This document shows, in pieces, positions 27,123 to 32,000 of a DNA stretch of 32,000 nt. The notes below the pieces were generated by a model. That model was not told where the DNA came from. It did no database searches and saw only the letters and a list, made by a program, of their open reading frames with translations. Source of the DNA: Candidatus Hermodarchaeota archaeon (GTDB lineage Archaea > Asgardarchaeota > Hermodarchaeia > Hermodarchaeales > Hermodarchaeaceae). The position numbers were made by a program, and so were the translations under genes. Within the stretch, counting starts at the first letter, position 1, and every line of letters begins with the position of its first letter. Location: the NCBI GenBank assembly GCA_016840065.1, contig JAEOTB010000091.1, forward strand, positions 50,609 through 82,608, read 5' to 3'.

Positions 27123-27218
27123 TGGTGCGCTGACCGGGATTCGAACCCGGGCGCCCAGCGCTCTGCTGATGACAAGCATCGATGGCAGGCTGGAATCATA
27201 CCACTAGATTATCAGCGC
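27123..27218 (-). tRNA. tRNA-Gly(GCC) with a 22-nt canonical 37/38 intron and encoded CCA
   Basis: Hand-folded structure: acceptor GCGCUGA/UCAGCGC, D-arm AUCU/UGAU, anticodon stem CCAGC/GCUGG, loop CUGCCA|intron|C, T-arm CCGGG-UUCGAAU-CCCGG, then A-CCA. The intron forms a bulge-helix-bulge: central helix CUGC/GCAG flanked by bulges CA|U and AG|C. Confidence 0.85.
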
Positions 27219-27301
27219 ACGAGTGAGGGTTTACAAGTGTTGCCCATTTAAATCATTTCCCGATTACGAAATCAAGGCTGCCCCTCGCGAATCTTTCGTG
27301 G

Positions 27302-27314
27302 AAAAGTTTTAAGG
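27302..27314 (+). promoter_or_regulatory. BRE/TATA-like promoter element for tRNA-Gly(UCC)
   Basis: AAAAGTTTTAAGG is centred about 30 nt upstream of the tRNA 5' end. It is near-identical to the element upstream of tRNA-Val. Confidence 0.5.
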
Positions 27315-27339
27315 CGCAAGAGGACAGGTTGCGTCCTAA

Positions 27340-27443
27340 GCGGCCGTGGTCTAGTGGTATGATTTCGGCCTTCCACGCCGATGCCCCGGGTTCGAATGCA
27401 GGACAAGTTCTGTGTCAAGCCGAAGATCCCGGCGGCCGCACCA
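27340..27443 (+). tRNA. tRNA-Gly(UCC) with a 30-nt non-canonical intron in the T-loop (59/60) and encoded CCA
   Basis: Acceptor GCGGCCG/CGGCCGC, anticodon stem UCGGC/GCCGA, loop CUUCCAC. The T-arm CCGGG-UUCGAA is interrupted at 27397-27426 and resumes U-CCCGG. The bulge-helix-bulge has central helix UUCG/CGAA with bulges AA|U and GA|U. Confidence 0.8.
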
Positions 27444-27637
27444 CTCTTTTTTCAAAATCTATTTTTTAGCTATTTCAGTCACCGCAAATGGCTGCTGGCT
27501 TCGAAGTTGTGCTGTTGGCACTTTCTTTGCCCTAACTTATTTTACTTTCAAACGGTTAATAAAATAATAATATGTATAATATTATAATATAACAGTTAAA
27601 TATTTATAATAGTAGTGAATTATATAACAATGTAAGT

Positions 27638-28123
27638 ATGGTAAACTCGCCCTCCAGCCACAGGATTGCCCTTCGAATACTCCAATGGAAAAAGAGGGGT
27701 GAGGGGGCAAACCCCAAGGTGCAAGAAATGAGTGAAAATAACCTAATATACATTGAACCTCTCGTCATCAACGACTACCAAAAATTCCGTTTCTACGCAA
27801 AAAGAGCCGAGTTGGTTACCTTCGAGACACAGTACTACAACACGCCATTCAAAGAAACAAACATCATCGAACCAGCTCAATACCTCAAAGCCCTCAAAAT
27901 ATGGGCCTTTGGAGTATACATAGACCAGCAGCCCTACACACTGACCCACACAATACACTTCCCCTGGATCCCCCACCTCGCCGAGGATTGGGAGACATGG
28001 ATAAAGATAACCAGCAAAAGACTAACCATTCTCACAGAAGAGCTGGAAACCGATCTCCAAGCTATCCAAGGCAACCCATCTCCCCCCTCAGTTCGAGAAC
28101 TCTGGGTCAAAACACTCCGCTAG
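27638..28123 (+). CDS. Hypothetical orphan protein (uncertain coding status)
   Basis: A 161-aa ORF with no family recognised. It is Trp-rich (EDWETWIK, FPWIPH). The coding strand is visibly C-rich and G-poor with NNC-biased codons, unlike neighbouring genes. An alternative start is Met31 (27728). Confidence 0.4.
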   Translation: MVNSPSSHRIALRILQWKKRGEGANPKVQEMSENNLIYIEPLVINDYQKFRFYAKRAELVTFETQYYNTPFKETNIIEPAQYLKALKIWAFGVYIDQQPYTLTHTIHFPWIPHLAEDWETWIKITSKRLTILTEELETDLQAIQGNPSPPSVRELWVKTLR

Positions 28124-28142
28124 ACACAAATATTCTAATGGG

Positions 28143-28154
28143 AAAAATTTAAGG
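28143..28154 (+). promoter_or_regulatory. BRE/TATA-like promoter element for tRNA-Val
   Basis: AAAAATTTAAGG lies about 30-35 nt upstream of the tRNA 5' end. Its context GGAAAAATTTAAGGCACA matches GGAAAAGTTTTAAGGCGCA at 27300. Confidence 0.5.
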
Positions 28155-28183
28155 CACACCAACCCAGCATCAGCCTACAAATA

Positions 28184-28260
28184 GGGCCGGTAGTCTAGCT
28201 GGCTATGACGTCGCCCTGACACGGCGGAGGTCGTGCGTTCAAATCGCACCCGGCCCACCA
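28184..28260 (+). tRNA. tRNA-Val(GAC), intron-less, encoded CCA
   Basis: Clean cloverleaf: GGGCCGG/CCGGCCC, anticodon stem UCGCC/GGCGG, loop CUGACAC, T-arm GUGCG-UUCAAAU-CGCAC, then A-CCA. Confidence 0.9.
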
Positions 28261-28367
28261 CTTTTCCGCTCCTGCAAACTCTTGACTACCAATTCTCATC
28301 GATTCAAGTTTAGGAACTGTTGAAGGGAAAACTCTTAAATCAATGCTGAACTGAATCTTGCAAAGCT

Positions 28368-28477
28368 GCCGACGTAGCTTAGCCCGGGAGTAACCTTGAC
28401 ATTGATCAACGGTTTAGCCCGATAGCGCGGGACTGAAGATCCCGTTGTCGCTGGTTCAAGTCCGGCCGTCGGCACCA
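28368..28477 (+). tRNA. tRNA-Phe(GAA) with a 33-nt non-canonical intron in the D-arm and encoded CCA
   Basis: Acceptor GCCGACG/CGUCGGC, anticodon stem CGGGA/UCCCG, loop CUGAAGA, T-arm GCUGG-UUCAAGU-CCGGC. The D-arm GCUU-AGCCCGGGA-G is interrupted at about 28391-28423 before AGC. The inferred mature D-arm GCUUAGCCCGGGAGAGC matches the usual archaeal tRNA-Phe. The exact junction is ambiguous by 1 nt. Confidence 0.8.
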
Positions 28478-28511
28478 CTCTTTCTATTACTGTTTTAGTA
28501 ATACTGTGCTG

Positions 28512-28976
28512 CTATCGTTTGAATAGCCATTCAACTAATATTACTAGGAAAATGGCTAGGAGTGCACCACTGGTATTGGCTAATATGTATTTCACCAAAT
28601 AGGATGGTTGAGTGATGGGAGTAGCGAAGAACCATAATAGGTAAACAAGACCCCAGACTGCAAGGACAAGGACAGCGGCGACAAAAAGAGTTGCAAAGCC
28701 TCTGAGAAACTGAAAACTAGGGCTTTCTGTAGGAGCTTGTGTTTGCCTGCGCTTAGGTGTACGTAAAGATGAGATGGTTTCAGCAAGAACAACGGAGCCG
28801 GCGACTTGAGCAAGGATGACACCTAGTGGTACTAGAGTAAGAACAATCGGTGAAGCGATATGAAGAGCATTTACAGCCAGGTATGACATAACAACTTGGA
28901 CAAGCCCGAACAATCCTAGAATGACGAAAAGATAAGCAAATCCTTCAGATGTTTTCCAATAGTAAACTACTGACAT
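28512..28976 (-). CDS. Hypothetical polytopic membrane protein
   Basis: 154 aa with about four hydrophobic helices and a short basic loop (RTPKRRQTQ). No family recognised. Confidence 0.5.
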   Translation of the reverse strand: MSVVYYWKTSEGFAYLFVILGLFGLVQVVMSYLAVNALHIASPIVLTLVPLGVILAQVAGSVVLAETISSLRTPKRRQTQAPTESPSFQFLRGFATLFVAAVLVLAVWGLVYLLWFFATPITQPSYLVKYILANTSGALLAIFLVILVEWLFKR

Positions 28977-29063
28977 GATGAGTCCTCAGCAGATGTAATA
29001 CGCATCGCATAGGAGGAAAGGGTATTAATGTTTTTTCTGTTTCAAAGTAGAGTAAAAGGAAAA

Positions 29064-29138
<75 letters not shown>

Positions 29139-29279
29139 TTTAGAGCTTGGTTTCGTTTGTAATTTAGAGTTATAAGAATTTTGGCGGGAATACTATAACT
29201 GTTAAATTCCTGAAAATTTATGTGCTTTGGGTGAACTGCGCTCTGTTAGTGACCCACTGGTTATGTGAGTTTTAGGGAG

Positions 29280-29465
29280 TTATACGAGTCGAGTGCGAGT
29301 GACTGTTTTTGTCTGCCACTTGTACCTTGTTATCTTTGCCGATTTTCCGAAGCCGCAGGCTGAGCATTTCTTCTTTCGGACGTGATATGAGCGTCGTCCG
29401 CAGCGGCGGCAGCGGATGTGCGTTTTCTTGTTGTGTTTGCCTCTTGATGGTGTCCCTTTGCCCAT
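29280..29465 (-). CDS. rpl37e: Ribosomal protein eL37
   Basis: 61 aa, [40 protein letters not shown] (a C4 zinc ribbon). Confidence 0.9.
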   Translation of the reverse strand: MGKGTPSRGKHNKKTHIRCRRCGRRSYHVRKKKCSACGFGKSAKITRYKWQTKTVTRTRLV

Positions 29466-29470
29466 GTCGA

Positions 29471-29731
29471 CTACTTCCCTTTAGGTTTTCTTGGTGGGGC
29501 TTTTGATGAGGGTGAGAGGAGTATGACGTTGTCACCGCGGAGAATGACTGTCCCTAGCTCTAGGGGCTCGCCGTCAGTGAGGTCTTGGGCTTGCTCTAGT
29601 ATTAGGTTGAGGTGTTGATCATAACCGCGCAGTCGTCCGCGAAGTTTACGGTCACCCTTCAGCTTGACTAGAACTTGAGCGTTGAGTGACTTGCTAAGCA
29701 AATCCATTGGTCTTTGTCCGGTTTCTGCCAA
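29471..29731 (-). CDS. Sm-like archaeal protein (SmAP/LSm)
   Basis: Sm1/Sm2 motifs [26 protein letters not shown] and [13 protein letters not shown]. This is the conserved Sm and eL37 gene pair. The start is TTG at 29731 or ATG at 29707. Confidence 0.85.
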   Translation of the reverse strand: MAETGQRPMDLLSKSLNAQVLVKLKGDRKLRGRLRGYDQHLNLILEQAQDLTDGEPLELGTVILRGDNVILLSPSSKAPPRKPKGK

Positions 29732-29874
29732 GTGAAAGGCTCCTATCTGGTAATCGTCAAGGGCATCCTTTAGAGACTTTAAAAACGTTGTGTAGAAATA
29801 TAGTTGAAGAGTGTGTGGGAAACATCCAAAAGTAGCCTGATTCAGAAATCAGGTAAGCCTGACGGAGCGATTAT

Positions 29875-30390
29875 ATGCGGGTAAAACATCGACATCAGCT
29901 ACGAACAAAGGAACGGCGCGCGTTACAAGAACAACTCGCAGCTACTCCAACACTGTTACATAAGGAATTAGTAGGTTCCAGTGCTGGGAAAACATCTGTT
30001 GAACGCATTGTTCTTGAGACTAAGACAGAACTGTTCCTCATCAACGAAAGACTCTGGCTTGTTCGTACAAAGGATATGGTGTATCCCTCATTACACGCGC
30101 TTCTTGATGGCGTTGTAACATTACCCACGGTTGTTGTGGATATAGGTGCTGTACCATATATCGTGAATGGTGCGGATGTTATGGGGCCTGGCATTGTAGG
30201 GGCTGATGATTCGATTGCTGTAGGCGATATTGTAGTTGTTATTGATCAGAAGAATCGGACGCCTATAGCAATTGGTCAAGCAAATTTTGAAGCAGACAAG
30301 ATGAAGGCAAAGTCGAAAGGGCGCGCGGTTAAAGTAATTATGTATGTTGGGGATTGGCTCTGGGACCTCATGAAAAGCCTGTCAACTTGA
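29875..30390 (+). CDS. MCT-1/Tma20-like PUA-domain protein
   Basis: 171 aa and collinear with remembered human MCTS1 across the pre-PUA and PUA domains: YPSLHALL, VDIGAVPYIVNGADVMGPGI, PIAIGQANFEADKM, VGDWLW. Confidence 0.8.
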   Translation: MRVKHRHQLRTKERRALQEQLAATPTLLHKELVGSSAGKTSVERIVLETKTELFLINERLWLVRTKDMVYPSLHALLDGVVTLPTVVVDIGAVPYIVNGADVMGPGIVGADDSIAVGDIVVVIDQKNRTPIAIGQANFEADKMKAKSKGRAVKVIMYVGDWLWDLMKSLST

Positions 30391-30457
30391 AAGGGCGAAG
30401 GTTTTTCAGGGAAGGCTTCGTTGTTGCCGCATTAGATTCCACTTAGAGGACAACGTC

Positions 30458-30838
30458 ATGGGATTTTTTCGAAGGAAAAGCAAGAACAAAACCGCGTTAG
30501 AAGAGAGTGCAGAGCCTACGGTTGATGGAGGAGCACACTCACAGATGTTCGTGATGTACAAGGAACTTACGAGTCTTGCTGATGTATCATCAATCTCTGA
30601 GGAGGTTCGGAGAGGAAATGTGGTTATCCTAGATATTGAGCCATTGACTAAGGGCGCTTCAGATTCTATGACACAACTGAAACGTGCCGTAGACCAGTTA
30701 CGTGCAATTTGTTACAGTATTGGTGGAGATATCGGGCAGCTTGGTAAACGATACATACTCCTCACGCCAACTGCTGTTAGAATTTTCCGAAAACCTCAAG
30801 GGGTAGCCACCAGTCATCAGTCACCTAGTGATAGTTGA
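30458..30838 (+). CDS. sepF: Cell-division protein SepF (FtsZ membrane anchor)
   Basis: 126 aa with an N-terminal amphipathic MGFFRRK and a C-terminal DUF552-like core (GNVVILDIEPL...RAVDQLRAICYSIGGDIGQLG). Confidence 0.8.
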   Translation: MGFFRRKSKNKTALEESAEPTVDGGAHSQMFVMYKELTSLADVSSISEEVRRGNVVILDIEPLTKGASDSMTQLKRAVDQLRAICYSIGGDIGQLGKRYILLTPTAVRIFRKPQGVATSHQSPSDS

Positions 30839-30853
30839 ACGGGACAGAAGCAA

Positions 30854-31936
30854 ATGAAGAAGGTTTGCATCCGAGTTGAACGTAGTTTCGGTGAACAGCT
30901 ACGATTACTTCTATTAGATTTAGAATTACTGGATTCCGATTACCCAATCACTCTAGAAGGTCAACACCTTATTCTACCCTTACGATTCCGAATAGAAGAT
31001 TCGGTGCTTTCTAAGCTACAACACCAAACGACGTCTCTAACCCTCGTAGAGAAGGAACTCGCACTCCAGAAGCATAGGCCAACAAACCTGACTGAGATAT
31101 TACAAGATATAGTTCCAGCAGATGTCCTACCGAAGATACCGCACTCCCTTGACATCATCGGAGATATCGCGATTGTTGAGTTAGATGAGGAGCTAACACC
31201 ATTCGCGCAGGAGATTGGTAAGGGACTCCTGTTAGTACACAGAAATGTGGCTGCTGTTTATTCAAAAGCGGGAATCATATCCGGACCCCACCGAGTTCGC
31301 GCGCTAAGTCACATAGCAGGCGAAGTACGCACAAAAACTGTGCACGTTGAGTATGGAATTCGGATTGTAGTCGATGTCGCAGACACCTATTTTAGTCCAC
31401 GATTATCCACAGAACACAACCGTGTTTCAGAACTTGTTCAGTCAAGTGAAAAGATTCTAGATATGTTCACAGGTGTTGGACCCTTCGCTCTACTTGCGGC
31501 AAAAAGACAGCCAGTCACTGTTTTTGCAATCGATATAAACGAGCATGCCATAAGGTGTTTGAACAAGAGCCTTGAACTCAATAAATTAGCTGGCGAAGTA
31601 ATACCAATACTAGGTGATTGTAGACCGGTAGTGCAAGAGAAACTCTGTGGAAAAGCTGACCGTATTATTATGAACCTTCCCCACGATTCTATCATGTTTC
31701 TAGATACCGCTGCCATAGCAGCAAAACCTACTGGGGCAGTCATTCATTTCTACACAATTACTTCAGAAGAGAATCCCTTGGAGAAACAAAGGAACGAGGT
31801 ATTGGCTTTGCTATCTAGTTATGGAGCAGTAAGCAACATTGTTAATACTCGTCAAGTTAGACAAACTGCACCTTATGAATCCCAAGTGGTATTTGATATT
31901 CAAGTAGAGGGAACAGAAACAACTAGCGTTATCTGA
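30854..31936 (+). CDS. trm5: tRNA (guanine37-N1)-methyltransferase Trm5/Taw22 (Met-10+ family)
   Basis: YFSPRLSTEHNRV, DMFTGVGPFAL and MNLPH motifs of the Trm5/TYW2 class I methyltransferases. Confidence 0.8.
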   Translation: MKKVCIRVERSFGEQLRLLLLDLELLDSDYPITLEGQHLILPLRFRIEDSVLSKLQHQTTSLTLVEKELALQKHRPTNLTEILQDIVPADVLPKIPHSLDIIGDIAIVELDEELTPFAQEIGKGLLLVHRNVAAVYSKAGIISGPHRVRALSHIAGEVRTKTVHVEYGIRIVVDVADTYFSPRLSTEHNRVSELVQSSEKILDMFTGVGPFALLAAKRQPVTVFAIDINEHAIRCLNKSLELNKLAGEVIPILGDCRPVVQEKLCGKADRIIMNLPHDSIMFLDTAAIAAKPTGAVIHFYTITSEENPLEKQRNEVLALLSSYGAVSNIVNTRQVRQTAPYESQVVFDIQVEGTETTSVI

Positions 31937-32000
31937 AGCAGTGCAGAAGGATTAATGAGTTCTTGTACTAGTTTTCTGTTTATAGAACCCGCGGCTTTAT

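Noticed and set aside
27084-27179. N-terminal 32 codons of track ORF 26745-27179
   Set aside because: This portion overlaps the tRNA-Gly(GCC) gene and its T-rich 3' flank. Comparison with known Rpp21 N-termini supports an internal GTG start instead.
27381-27587. A 68-aa plus-strand ORF
   Set aside because: It begins inside the T-arm and intron of tRNA-Gly(UCC) and continues through the terminator T-tract. It is an artefact.
27556-27637. Possibility that the reiterated TATAATA tract is a CRISPR leader/array or a replication origin
   Set aside because: There are no regularly spaced repeats with unique spacers and no ORB-like inverted repeats. No cdc6/orc1 or cas genes are nearby. I retained it only as an AT-rich promoter or boundary region in the orphan-ORF finding.
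27444-28183. Integration of a mobile element at tRNA-Gly(UCC), with att repeats
   Set aside because: I found no direct repeat of the tRNA 3' end downstream and no integrase. The interval is only about 740 bp. At most it is a degraded remnant, which the orphan-ORF finding already covers.
29836-29853. A 6-bp hairpin (CCTGAT-TCAGAA-ATCAGG) 20 nt upstream of the MCT-1-like gene
   Set aside because: The stem is short and AT-containing, and I found no conservation or second copy. It is too weak to call as a regulatory element.

Overview
This window is an archaeal chromosomal segment of roughly mid-40s %GC, and most genes are on the minus strand. Most of it is conserved information-processing synteny. 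One block is secE, spt5 (nusG), uL11, uL1, uL10 (P0) and P1. A second block is ftsY, prefoldin alpha, LX, aIF6, eL31, eL39, a PDCD5-like gene, eS19, yhbY and rpp21. Also present are the Sm and eL37 pair, aCPSF1, a Nop2 and Nip7 pair, an MCT-1-like PUA protein, SepF and Trm5.

Three less ordinary blocks are embedded in this backbone:
- 28-4315: a tightly coupled sulfate-activation operon (RHH regulator, sat, an alkaline-phosphatase-superfamily NPP-like enzyme, cysC) with a tandem palindromic operator, and a TauE/TSUP permease gene upstream.
- 7971-15160: a surface-glycosylation island. It holds two GT4 glycosyltransferases, a sugar nucleotidyltransferase, a UDP-GlcNAc 2-epimerase, a DUF1616-like module split over two divergent genes, and a small membrane protein resembling eukaryotic DPM2.
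- 27123-29138: a cluster of five tRNA genes that all encode CCA. Three carry introns, two of them at non-canonical positions (T-loop 59/60 and the D-arm). The cluster also holds a compositionally odd orphan ORF behind a very AT-rich tract.

eL39 (25363-25518) is too short for the supplied ORF track and was found by hand translation. I saw no CRISPR array, transposase, integrase or recognisable defence system. The findings are moderate-interest hypotheses, not a clear novel system. All family assignments rest on motif recognition by eye and on remembered family features. No database search was run.
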